This document shows positions 15,641 to 24,165 of a stretch of DNA of 64,000 nt, piece after piece. Below the pieces are notes generated by a model that was not told where the DNA came from, did no database searches, and saw only the letters and a list, made by a program, of their open reading frames with translations. The position numbers were made by a program, and so were the translations under genes. The stretch comes from Alphaproteobacteria bacterium (GTDB lineage: Bacteria > Pseudomonadota > Alphaproteobacteria > Rhodobacterales > Rhodobacteraceae), in the NCBI GenBank assembly GCA_030148665.1, contig JASBSZ010000008.1, positions 7,284-71,283 on the forward strand. The letters are read 5' to 3'. The stretch's first letter is position 1; each line of letters begins with the position of its first letter.

Positions 15641-17245
15641 TCAATGCGCGGTGACCCCGCTGGCCTCGGGCGGGGGCTTGCGCATCAGCATGGCACCGGC
15701 GGCCAGCGTCAGGAACAGCAGCGTCAGCATGGTAAAGACGTCGATATAGGTCATCACCCCGGCCTGACGCAGCACCATGCGTTTCAGCTGGGCAAGGGCC
15801 GCGGTCTGCCCGTCCAGCCCGTGGCTGGAATAGCTGCGCGACAGCTTGTCAACCAGCCCGACGGCCTGGGCATTGGCATAGCTCACCGTCTCTGACAGGC
15901 GCGCATAATGGAAATCGGCGCGCTTGGTCAGCATGGTGTTGATGATCGCCAGCCCGAAGGCCCCGCCGAGGTTGCGCGTCAGGTTGTACAGGCCCGACGC
16001 ATTCTTGATGCGCGCGCGCGGCAATGTCCCCAGCGACAGGTTGTTGATGGGCACCATGCACAGCATGAGCGCCACGCCCCGCAGCACCTGCGGCACCAGC
16101 AGCTCGTTGAAATCCCAGTCGGCGGTCAGATAGGTCATCCGCCATGTGCCCGCGGCAAAGATGACGAACCCGCCCATCAGCATCACCCTGAGGTCGAGCA
16201 CCCGCGACAGCATCCCCGACAGCGGCGCCGACAGGAACATGACCGCCCCGCTGACAGCCAGCGTTTCGCCGATCATCAGCGAATCGTATCCCCGGATCCG
16301 CCCCAGATACAGCGGGTAGAGATAGGTCAGCCCGTACAACCCGACCCCAAGGGTAAAGGAAAACAGCGAGCCGACCGCGAAATTGACATCCGTGAACGCC
16401 TTGAGATCGACGATCGGCTCGTCGCTGGTGAAGGCCCGCCAGAAGAACAGGACCGCGCCAACGGCCATGACAATAGCAAAATTGCGCACGGTTTCGTCCT
16501 GCAGCCAGTCATTGGACGGGCCTTCTTCCAGCACATATTCCAATGAGCCCAGAAACAGCGCCATGCCCAGCAGGCCCCACCAGTCGAACTTGTGAAAAAG
16601 GGCGAGGTTGGGCTTGTCGAAATCGATCAGCAGCCAGGCAAAGATGGTGACGGGAATCCCGATCGGCACGTTGACCAGAAACAGCCAGTGCCAGGAAAAG
16701 GCATCGCTCAGATATCCGCCCACGGTCGGGCCGATGGTCGGGGCAAGGGTTGCGATCAGCCCGATGACGGGCGACACGATCGCCCTTTTCGAGGGCGGAA
16801 AGATGGTGAACGCCGCGGCAAAGACGCTGGGGATCATGCCGCCGCCAATGAAACCCTGGGCCGCGCGATAGATGATCATCTGGTCGATATTGGTGGCGGT
16901 CGCCGCCAGGGCGCTGGAGATGGTGAAACCGGCCGCCGAGACGGTAAACACGACGCGCGTGGACAGCATCCGCGCCAGATAGCCCGACAGCGGGATCATG
17001 ATCACCTCGGCAATCAGATAGGCGGTCTGCACCCAGGCGATCTCGCTGTTCGAGGCGCTGAGACCGGCCTGGATCTCGGTGAGCGATGCCGAGACGATCT
17101 GGATGTCGAGGATGGCCATGAACATGCCGAACACCATCACCCCAAAGGCGATGATGCGCGCCGGGGTGATCGGCGGTTCCGCCGCGTGCGGGGGGATGGG
17201 GGCAGATATGGCGACATCCGCCGGCTCGGTCGTGATCGACGACAT
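15641..17245 (-). CDS. MFS multidrug efflux permease, DHA2/EmrB family (14-TM type)
   Basis: ORF trimmed to ATG 17245, 1 nt after the upstream stop. Long hydrophobic MFS sequence typical of EmrB/QacA. Confidence 0.8.
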   Translation of the reverse strand: MSSITTEPADVAISAPIPPHAAEPPITPARIIAFGVMVFGMFMAILDIQIVSASLTEIQAGLSASNSEIAWVQTAYLIAEVIMIPLSGYLARMLSTRVVFTVSAAGFTISSALAATATNIDQMIIYRAAQGFIGGGMIPSVFAAAFTIFPPSKRAIVSPVIGLIATLAPTIGPTVGGYLSDAFSWHWLFLVNVPIGIPVTIFAWLLIDFDKPNLALFHKFDWWGLLGMALFLGSLEYVLEEGPSNDWLQDETVRNFAIVMAVGAVLFFWRAFTSDEPIVDLKAFTDVNFAVGSLFSFTLGVGLYGLTYLYPLYLGRIRGYDSLMIGETLAVSGAVMFLSAPLSGMLSRVLDLRVMLMGGFVIFAAGTWRMTYLTADWDFNELLVPQVLRGVALMLCMVPINNLSLGTLPRARIKNASGLYNLTRNLGGAFGLAIINTMLTKRADFHYARLSETVSYANAQAVGLVDKLSRSYSSHGLDGQTAALAQLKRMVLRQAGVMTYIDVFTMLTLLFLTLAAGAMLMRKPPPEASGVTAH

Positions 17246-17246
17246 G

Positions 17247-18491
17247 TCAGTTGCCCATGCTGAGGCGCGGGCTGACCTCGGGCTTTCGGGGGGTCGGGGC
17301 AGGCGAGCCACCGGCCGCCGGGGCGGTGCGGCTGTCCACCCGGACCACCACGCTGAGGCCCGCGCGCAGGCGCGACAGCGCCCCGGCCGGGCCGGTCAGA
17401 TCAATGCGTACGGGAACGCGCTGGACGATCTTGGTGAAATTGCCGGTGGCGTTGTCGGACGGCAAAAGCGAAAACAGAGACCCCGTCCCCGGCGCGATGG
17501 ATGCGACGCGGCCGGTAAAGGCGATATCGGGCAAGGCATCGACGCTGATCGAGACCTTTTCGCCGGGCACGACGCGCTCCATCTGCGTTTCCTTGAAATT
17601 CGCGGTGATATAGAGCTTGCCGACCGGCACCACCATGGCCAGCTTTTGCCCCACACCCACCAGATCGCCGGGATGGGCCGAAAGATTGGCAACCTGCCCG
17701 TCAAACGGCGCGCGCAGGGTGGTAAATCCAAGGTCACGCGCGGCCTTCTTGCGGGCCAGTTCCAGCCCCCTCATGCGGCTGGCAGCCTCGGCCCGCTGGG
17801 CCTTGAGCACCGAGACATTGGCCCTGGCGGCAGCCAGCTGCGCCCTGGCCGAGGCCACGGCGGCGCGCGCCCGACGGTCGGCGGTGACGGCCTGGTCGCG
17901 CCGGGCGCTGGTGATGGTGCCGCTGGAAAACAGCTCGTCCGCCCGCTTGCGTTCGCGGGCCGCGTTGTCGGCCGTGGCCTGGGCCGATTGCAATCCGGCC
18001 TCGGCCTGCGCGATCTGGGCGCGGGCGGCGGTGATCTGGGCATCCATGCGCGCCAGCGTCATCTTCTGGCTGTCGATTTTCGCCTGGGCACTTTCCAGTG
18101 CGATGCGATAATCCCCGTCGTCGATCACGACCAGCGGATCGCCCTTTTTCACCATCTGGTTCTCGGCCACCGGCACGCGCGCGACATAGCCGGGCACCTT
18201 GGGCGAGACATAGGTGGAATCCGCCGCAAGATATGCATCATCGGTCGTCACCATGAACCGGCCGACCAGCCAGTATTCGCGCCCGAAATATCCACCGGCC
18301 GACAGCGCGGCCATGAGAAACAGCAACAGGACGAACCTGCCCCGCCGCCTTTTCGCGGGGGGCTCTGACGGCTGCGTGGCCGCTGTGTCCGCCTGCGGCA
18401 AGGGGGGCGTGGCTGCCTCGTTGATGGGGGTCACGTCCCCGCTATCCTTGCTCGTTGCGCCTTTTTGTCGTGCCGATGCATTGCGCGCCAT
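17247..18491 (-). CDS. HlyD/EmrA-family membrane fusion protein
   Basis: N-terminal TM, long Ala/Arg/Gln coiled coil, beta-barrel/lipoyl-type flanks. Start set at ATG 18491 because the palindromic operator at 18515-18529 lies inside the longer ORF (to 18545). Confidence 0.75.
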   Translation of the reverse strand: MARNASARQKGATSKDSGDVTPINEAATPPLPQADTAATQPSEPPAKRRRGRFVLLLFLMAALSAGGYFGREYWLVGRFMVTTDDAYLAADSTYVSPKVPGYVARVPVAENQMVKKGDPLVVIDDGDYRIALESAQAKIDSQKMTLARMDAQITAARAQIAQAEAGLQSAQATADNAARERKRADELFSSGTITSARRDQAVTADRRARAAVASARAQLAAARANVSVLKAQRAEAASRMRGLELARKKAARDLGFTTLRAPFDGQVANLSAHPGDLVGVGQKLAMVVPVGKLYITANFKETQMERVVPGEKVSISVDALPDIAFTGRVASIAPGTGSLFSLLPSDNATGNFTKIVQRVPVRIDLTGPAGALSRLRAGLSVVVRVDSRTAPAAGGSPAPTPRKPEVSPRLSMGN

Positions 18492-18514
18492 GTTTCGTTT
18501 TCCCGATATATTGA

Positions 18515-18529
18515 ACCGAACGGTTCGGT
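18515..18529. promoter_or_regulatory. Perfect 15-bp palindrome, candidate TetR operator 1
   Basis: ACCGAACgGTTCGGT, in the emrA-tetR divergent spacer. Confidence 0.6.
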
Positions 18530-18577
18530 ACGTTTTCTGTTGCATTAGCCGATTCGTTGGGCAATAATCAAGACAGA

Positions 18578-18592
18578 ACCGAACCGTTCGGT
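18578..18592. promoter_or_regulatory. Perfect 15-bp palindrome, candidate TetR operator 2
   Basis: ACCGAACcGTTCGGT. Same arms as operator 1, 63 nt away, 20 nt upstream of the tetR ATG. Confidence 0.6.
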
Positions 18593-18611
18593 TTGAACTC
18601 GTGGAGCACGA

Positions 18612-19328
18612 ATGTCATCCAAGGATCAATCCGTTTCTCCCGGCCCGTCCCGCCCTGCCCCGTCCTCCGGCGGGCGGGACGGTGATAAAATTCAAGGTTC
18701 GAAATGCCAGGCCGGGCAGAACCCGCGCAAGCGCAACCAGATCCTTGACGGGGCGCGGCGGGTGTTTCGCGAGATGGGCTTTGATGCCGCCTCGATGAAC
18801 GATATCACCCGCGCGGCCGGCGTGTCCAAGGGTACGGTCTATGTCTATTTCTCCAACAAGGAAGAGCTGTTCGAGGCCCTCGTCGATGACGAGCGGCGCA
18901 AGCTGTTTGCCGATCTCTATGACCGGCTGAACGGGCACGCGGATACCAGCGCCCAAGCGGTGCGCGAAACCCTGATCTCGTTCGGCTGCACGCTGGCCCA
19001 TCGCCTGTGCTCGGAACCCGTCATCCGCGCCCAGCGCACCGTGATCGCGGTGGCCGCGCGCATGCCCGAACTCGGCAGACGTTTCTTTGAAAAGGGCCCG
19101 CTGAGAGGGCACGCCATCCTGGCCGACTATCTGTCCGCGGCGGTCGAACGCGGCGTGCTGTCGATCCCCGATATCGATCTGGCCGCTTTCCAGCTGTTCG
19201 AACTGTGCGTTGCCGGCATCATGCGGGCGCGCCTGTTCGCGCATGCCTCGGACCCACCGGATGACGACGAGATTTGCCATATCGTCACCAGCGGCATCGA
19301 CATGTTCATGGCCGCCTACCGCGCATAG
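18612..19328 (+). CDS. TetR/AcrR-family transcriptional regulator
   Basis: HTH FDAASMNDITRAAGVSKGTVYVYFSNKEELF. GTGGAG SD. Divergent from the efflux genes. Confidence 0.85.
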   Translation: MSSKDQSVSPGPSRPAPSSGGRDGDKIQGSKCQAGQNPRKRNQILDGARRVFREMGFDAASMNDITRAAGVSKGTVYVYFSNKEELFEALVDDERRKLFADLYDRLNGHADTSAQAVRETLISFGCTLAHRLCSEPVIRAQRTVIAVAARMPELGRRFFEKGPLRGHAILADYLSAAVERGVLSIPDIDLAAFQLFELCVAGIMRARLFAHASDPPDDDEICHIVTSGIDMFMAAYRA

Positions 19329-19409
19329 CGCAACCGCCGCAGACAATCGCAAGGTCCCATGCCATCGACATCAATCGCCGGCTGCCCCGGCATCCAGACC
19401 GAGAACACA

Positions 19410-20828
19410 ATGATGCCCAGACATTTACGAAACACCAGACTGGCCGGGTTGGCGCCGGTTTCCCTGATGCCCGCCCTCGTGGCCCCGCTCATCGCGGCCT
19501 CGGTTTCCCTGGCGCCTGCCCCCCTCGTCGCCGAGACCCTGACCGATGCCCTGATTTCGGCCTATCGCACCAGCCCCGAACTCAAGGCACAGCGGGCGAC
19601 GCTGCGGGGCTCGGACGAGGACGTGGCCAGGGCTCTGGCGGCACGTCGCCCGACGCTGAACGCTCAGGCCTCGGCCGGGGTCAACCATTCCTTTGCCTTC
19701 AATCGCGACACCCGGTTCGCGACGCTCAACCTGGCCGCCAGCCTGACATTGTGGGACGGGGGCATGACCGATCTGGCGATCCGTTCGGCCAGGGCCGGGG
19801 TCAGGCTCGGGCGCGTCAATCTGGTCGATACCGAACAACAGGTGATGCTGGGCGCCCTCACCGCCTACATGGACATGCGCCGCGACGAAAAGCTGCTGGA
19901 CCTTGCCCGCACCAGTTTCGAGGTCGCCACCCGGCAGGTCAAGGCGATCCGCGACCGTTTCGAGGTGGGCGAGGTGCGGCGCACCGATGTCAGCCAGGTC
20001 GAGGCGCGCAAGGCCCTGGCCCAGAGCATCGTCGCCCTGCGCCAGGGCACGCTGGAAATCTCGCGCGAGGCCTATCACGTGGCGGTCGGGAAATACCCGG
20101 GCCGGCTGGCCCCGCCCCCGCCCCTGCCCCGCCTGCCGAAAACCCAGGCGGCCGCGCGCGCGCTGGCGCTGAAAAACCACCCCATGATCCGGCGCGCGCG
20201 GATTCTGGTCGAGATCGCCGATCTGAACGTTGCCCGCGCCCGCGCCGCGATGAAACCGCGTCTCGGGTTGCAGGGCAGCCTCGGAATCAACGCCAATGCG
20301 CCGACCGGAGACACGGCGACCGTCTCGATCACCGGCTCGATGCCGATCTATCAGGGCGGCGGATTGACCTCGGCCCTGCGCAAGGCACAGGCGCTGGCAC
20401 AAAAGGCGCGATTTGATCTGCAACGCGCCGGCCAGTTGGTGACCCAGGGTGTCAGCAGCAGCTGGTCGCGCCTGGCGATCGCGCGCGCCACCATCGTTGC
20501 CCGCCGCAAGGAGGTGGAATCGGCGCAGGTGGCGCTGAAGGGAATCCGCGACGAGGCCAGTCTCGGCACCCGCACCGCGCTTGACGTGCTGGACGCCGAA
20601 AAGGTGCTGTTCGAGGCCCGGACGAACCTGGCAACCGCCCGCCATGACGAGGAAATTGCCGCATATGGCCTGCTGTCGGCGATGGGTCTGCTGACCGCGC
20701 GCCATCTGGGCCTGGGCGTCAAGCTGTACGATCCGGTCGCACATTACCGCAAGGTGGAAAAGGCCCCGGTCGATTCCCGGCGCGGAAAGCTGCTCGACCG
20801 TATCCTGCGCCGGGCCGGACAGAACTGA
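19410..20828 (+). CDS. TolC-family outer-membrane efflux channel
   Basis: ORF trimmed to ATG 19410 (MMPRHLRNTRLAGLAPVSLMPALVAPLIAASVSLAPAPLVAETLTDAL...). Two-repeat TolC-like sequence (SPELKAQRA..., ...LDVLDAEKVLFEAR...). Confidence 0.8.
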   Translation: MMPRHLRNTRLAGLAPVSLMPALVAPLIAASVSLAPAPLVAETLTDALISAYRTSPELKAQRATLRGSDEDVARALAARRPTLNAQASAGVNHSFAFNRDTRFATLNLAASLTLWDGGMTDLAIRSARAGVRLGRVNLVDTEQQVMLGALTAYMDMRRDEKLLDLARTSFEVATRQVKAIRDRFEVGEVRRTDVSQVEARKALAQSIVALRQGTLEISREAYHVAVGKYPGRLAPPPPLPRLPKTQAAARALALKNHPMIRRARILVEIADLNVARARAAMKPRLGLQGSLGINANAPTGDTATVSITGSMPIYQGGGLTSALRKAQALAQKARFDLQRAGQLVTQGVSSSWSRLAIARATIVARRKEVESAQVALKGIRDEASLGTRTALDVLDAEKVLFEARTNLATARHDEEIAAYGLLSAMGLLTARHLGLGVKLYDPVAHYRKVEKAPVDSRRGKLLDRILRRAGQN

Positions 20829-20839
20829 TCCTGCGTTAT

Positions 20840-20866
20840 CGGCCTGGCCGGATCGCCCCCAGGCCG
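20840..20866 (+). terminator. Hairpin just after the tolC-like stop (candidate terminator)
   Basis: cggcctgg (20840-20847) pairs with ccaggccg (20859-20866), followed by tt. Confidence 0.35.
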
Positions 20867-20989
20867 TTCCGGGGGCATACAAGGGGGCATTTCGCAGGGC
20901 CGCCGGGCGCAGGTTCCGGCGGCGTCCCGTCCCACCCGGGCCGAAGGCTCGTCCCGAGTGGGCCGTTTTCGGCGGCGGAACCGCGCGCC

Positions 20990-21523
20990 CTACCCGTCAA
21001 GGCGACCATTTGCGCCTGTAGCCTGCCCGCCTTTGGCCGGCTCTTCGCCCTGCCCGTCGGGTTTGCCCGGCTGCATGCGTTGCCTCACCTTTCTGACATA
21101 ATCTCCGGTGAACTGATGCTGCTGGGCGTCATCGTGCAGGAACGCGATGATATCGCCCAGCTCGTCGCCGGTAAATTCGATCTGCGCGCCCAGCTCGTCC
21201 TGCTGGGCCGGGATCATGATCGTGGCCATGCTCCACATCCGCGCCGCCAGATCGAAGGGATTCATGAACCTGTCCATGTCATGGGCATCCAGCGCGGCGG
21301 CATCCTCGCCGCCGACGCCATTGACCGAATGGCAGGTCGCACAACCCTTTTGCACGAACAGCTCCATACCCCTGGCGCTGTCCAGACTTGGCATCAGAAG
21401 GCGGGTTGCAGCGGCGGCCTGATCCTGTGTTTCGCCGGCCGTTGCGAGGGCGGGAACGGTGGTGGTTGCGAGTACGCCCAGCGCAGCAGCGCCCAGTACC
21501 CGCGAAATCATCGCGTGTTTCAT
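20990..21523 (-). CDS. Periplasmic mono-haem c-type cytochrome (class I-like), function unknown
   Basis: ORF trimmed to ATG 21523 (AAGGA SD). Signal peptide MKHAMISRVLGAAALGVLATTTVPALA. Single CATCH haem-binding motif. 177 aa. Confidence 0.7.
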   Translation of the reverse strand: MKHAMISRVLGAAALGVLATTTVPALATAGETQDQAAAATRLLMPSLDSARGMELFVQKGCATCHSVNGVGGEDAAALDAHDMDRFMNPFDLAARMWSMATIMIPAQQDELGAQIEFTGDELGDIIAFLHDDAQQHQFTGDYVRKVRQRMQPGKPDGQGEEPAKGGQATGANGRLDG

Positions 21524-21593
21524 CGGAATCGTCCTTGATTGCGTTTTCGTCCGTGGCGTGTGGGTGATCGTGCCGGCAGAAAAGCCGACCGGT

Positions 21594-21947
21594 TCAGCCG
21601 ATCGGAACGGGCTCGCGCGCATCCGCCGACCAGACGTCGGCGATGCTCAGATCTGGAAGAAGGTGCGAATCGGGATCATGCGAAACCGCAACCCTGGCCC
21701 GCGACACCCCGTCAAGCGCCTGCAGGCAGCTGGCATCGGCCTGGCAATTGTCCGGTGCCGGTGCGATGACATCGGCCGGGGCCGAACCATCGCCGACAAC
21801 CACGCTGGCCACCATGTCCTGTTTCTGCCCGGTATTGCCTGCAAGATCGCTGATCGGCCACAGCGACACCAAGACCAGCGCCAGCAATGCCAGCGCAAGA
21901 CCCGGCAAGGTACCGGGCTGTCGGTCACGAGGCTTGCGGTGGCGCAT
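21594..21947 (-). CDS. Hypothetical membrane-anchored periplasmic protein (one N-terminal TM, two Cys)
   Basis: ORF trimmed to ATG 21947 (MRHRKPRDRQPGTLPGLALALLALVLVSLWP...). Reasonable GC3 bias. I recognise no family. The FNR box at 22013-22026 lies in the discarded upstream part. Confidence 0.45.
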   Translation of the reverse strand: MRHRKPRDRQPGTLPGLALALLALVLVSLWPISDLAGNTGQKQDMVASVVVGDGSAPADVIAPAPDNCQADASCLQALDGVSRARVAVSHDPDSHLLPDLSIADVWSADAREPVPIG

Positions 21948-22012
21948 GGCGGTCTTGCCCCCAGGCTGGTTCGGTTTCAGCCCGGACCTATTGCATGGCC
22001 ACAGCAACAACA

Positions 22013-22026
22013 TTGACGCCGATCAA
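22013..22026. promoter_or_regulatory. FNR/NNR-type box upstream of the hypothetical-protein / cytochrome c unit
   Basis: TTGACgccgATCAA. Centre is 72.5 nt upstream of ATG 21947. Confidence 0.6.
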
Positions 22027-22095
22027 GTTTTCCCGCCGTCACCCTGCGACAAACTGCATCGGGGGCGGCTCGACATGGGTGCCATATGTCCCATC

Positions 22096-22305
22096 TCAGA
22101 CCCCGTCGGCCTCGTCCATCAGGCGACGCACCCAGCGCCCTGCGGCCCAGCCCGCCGGAATGCCCAGCGGCACCGACAGCCCCAGCGCCCACCAGGGCGA
22201 CAATGTCGGCAGGCCCAGCCAGCTGCCCGCCAGCGCCAGCATGAACAGGTTGATCGCGACCGCCGCCGCCGCAAAGGAATACAGCAGCAACGACAGCTTC
22301 CACAC
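22096..22305 (-). CDS. Small two-TM membrane protein, hypothetical
   Basis: ORF 22096..22380. The portion overlapping nirN has poor codon bias, while bias becomes coding-like from GTG 22305 (VWKLSLLLYSFAAAAVAINLFMLALAGSWLGLPTLSPWWALGLSVPLGIPAGW...). Start uncertain (ATG 22380 or GTG 22305). Confidence 0.4.
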   Translation of the reverse strand: MWKLSLLLYSFAAAAVAINLFMLALAGSWLGLPTLSPWWALGLSVPLGIPAGWAAGRWVRRLMDEADGV

Positions 22306-22336
22306 GGGCCATCTTGCGCCATCGCCCGTGTCCGCC

Positions 22337-23875
22337 TCAGTGGCTGGTGCCTTCCGAGAAGGTGATCTTGTTCCAGACATTGTATTTCCCCGAAGGTTTC
22401 TTCATCGGCAGGCGCTTGACCAGCTTCAGCGTTCTGGCGTCATAGATCAGCAGAGCACCCTTGTTTTCCCATACCGAAACCATCGCGTATTTTCCGTCGC
22501 GGGTGAATTCCACATGCGCCAGCGTGACGCCGGGGATGGGGCGCAGGGTCTTGACGATCTTCAGGCTTTGCTTGTCGATGACATGCATTTCGTCCCTGTT
22601 CGGGCCAAAGAACACGTCGGCCCAGATATAGGGCGTGTTTTCATGGCTGCGCAGGAAAAAGCCGGGGCCGTCTGTCCTGATCGTGGCGACGACCTTCCAG
22701 TCGGTGATGTCGATGACCGAAATCTTGCCTTCCTTCAGATGCGGCGTTGCCATCACCCGCCGCCCTTTCCACACCCAGCTGATGCCCGAGCCCAGATGCG
22801 GCATGCCGGCCAGCGGCAGGGTGGCAATCTCGCGCCCAACATTCAGGTTGACGACCACGCCCCGCTTGCGATCACGCGCAGCCCCTACCAGAAAGCGGTA
22901 ATCGGGGGTGAAAAAGAAATCGTCCAGAGGCTCGGAAATCTCGATCCGGCGGCGTGCAAACAGCCCCTCTGACGAGGGCAGCGCCTCTTCCATGCCCTTT
23001 TCATAGGAATGAACAAACCCCTCATGCACCTTGCCGGCATTGGGGTCGGTGGCGATTTCCCAGATCTCGGGCGTGTCCTTGAGCGCAAGGATGAAACTTT
23101 TTCGCTGCGGTGCCTGATAGACGGCCGAAACCCGCGAGGGCCGGCCGTCGCGCCCGACCACCTGAAACACCTTTTCCACCGACAGATCGCTGGTGGACAG
23201 GATCGTCAGCGTTGTCGGCAGGTAATTGGCAATGGCCAGATGCTTGCCATCATGGCTGATCGCGATATTGCGGCTGTTGAGGCCCGCACGGATGCGCCCG
23301 ACCTCGTGCAGCGACCAGATATCGTATTTCTGCACCCAGCCATCGCGCGACACCACAAAGGCATAGCGCCCGTCCGGGGTGTATTTGATGCCGCCGTGAA
23401 CGGCAAACGGGGTGGCAAAACGGTCGAGAACCCTGAAACTGTCACCATCCAGCACGCTGACATGATGATCGCCCTTTTCCACCACCAGGGTGATGTTCAT
23501 GGGGTCGGCCGTGAAAACCGGCTTGTCGGCGGGAATATAGGCGGGGTTCATCTTGCGGCTGGCCATGATCTCGGCCGCGCCCCAGGGGGGGATGCGCTTC
23601 AGCGGCTGACGCAGATAGTCCGCAAGCGCCGTGATGCGCGCCTTGTCCAGAACCTTGCCAAAGGCAGGCATCTGCGTGGCCGCCCGCCCGCGGGCTATGA
23701 CCTGGGCCACATGCGGCCCGCGCATCCGGCCCAGCGATTGCGGGATCAGGGCCGGCCCCTGCCCACCCAGACGGTTGGCCCCGTGGCAGGCGGCGCAGTA
23801 TTGCGCGTAATCCTCGGCCGGGCCGGCCTGAACGGGCTGCACCAGCGCGGCGATGACGGCAAGCACGCCCAGCAT
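22337..23875 (-). CDS. nirN: NirN, cytochrome c + d1-type beta-propeller protein (dihydro-haem d1 dehydrogenase)
   Basis: CAACH haem c motif followed by a NirS/NirF-like propeller. Last gene of the nir operon order. Start set at ATG 23875 (MLGVLAVIAALVQPVQA signal). Alternative is ATG 23983. The further upstream part of ORF 22337..24361 is Arg-rich and contains two strong palindromes. Confidence 0.8.
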   Translation of the reverse strand: MLGVLAVIAALVQPVQAGPAEDYAQYCAACHGANRLGGQGPALIPQSLGRMRGPHVAQVIARGRAATQMPAFGKVLDKARITALADYLRQPLKRIPPWGAAEIMASRKMNPAYIPADKPVFTADPMNITLVVEKGDHHVSVLDGDSFRVLDRFATPFAVHGGIKYTPDGRYAFVVSRDGWVQKYDIWSLHEVGRIRAGLNSRNIAISHDGKHLAIANYLPTTLTILSTSDLSVEKVFQVVGRDGRPSRVSAVYQAPQRKSFILALKDTPEIWEIATDPNAGKVHEGFVHSYEKGMEEALPSSEGLFARRRIEISEPLDDFFFTPDYRFLVGAARDRKRGVVVNLNVGREIATLPLAGMPHLGSGISWVWKGRRVMATPHLKEGKISVIDITDWKVVATIRTDGPGFFLRSHENTPYIWADVFFGPNRDEMHVIDKQSLKIVKTLRPIPGVTLAHVEFTRDGKYAMVSVWENKGALLIYDARTLKLVKRLPMKKPSGKYNVWNKITFSEGTSH

Positions 23876-23907
23876 TTCTTCTTTGCGAAAATACGCGCGC
23901 CGCAGGC

Positions 23908-23930
23908 ATGGCGCCTTGGCAAGGCGCCAT
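23908..23930. repeat. Perfect 23-nt palindrome upstream of nirN
   Basis: ATGGCGCCTTG-g-CAAGGCGCCAT, 33-55 nt upstream of ATG 23875. Confidence 0.6.
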
Positions 23931-24073
23931 TTCCGGCCTTGCCGGGCGTATTTGAACAAAGAAGAAAGCAGGGTGGCCGACATCCCGCCCCAGGGCAATC
24001 GCGTGAAACTCTCTCGTCGCTGTCCGGCGCTGCAACGCGCCCCGATTGCCAACCGCCGGGGCGCTTGCGGCCC

Positions 24074-24108
24074 GGCATGCGCCCGCCCACCCCGGGCGGC
24101 CGCATGCC
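24074..24108. repeat. GC-rich palindromic (REP-like) hairpin in the nirJ-nirN spacer
   Basis: ggcatgcgcccgccc-acccc-gggcggccgcatgcc: 15-bp stem with 1 mismatch and a 5-nt loop. The same motif recurs at 56349-56410. Confidence 0.6.
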
Positions 24109-24165
24109 TCGCTTGCGTCCAGATTCGCCTCTTCAAGCGATTGCCGTGCATCCTGCCCCCCTTGA

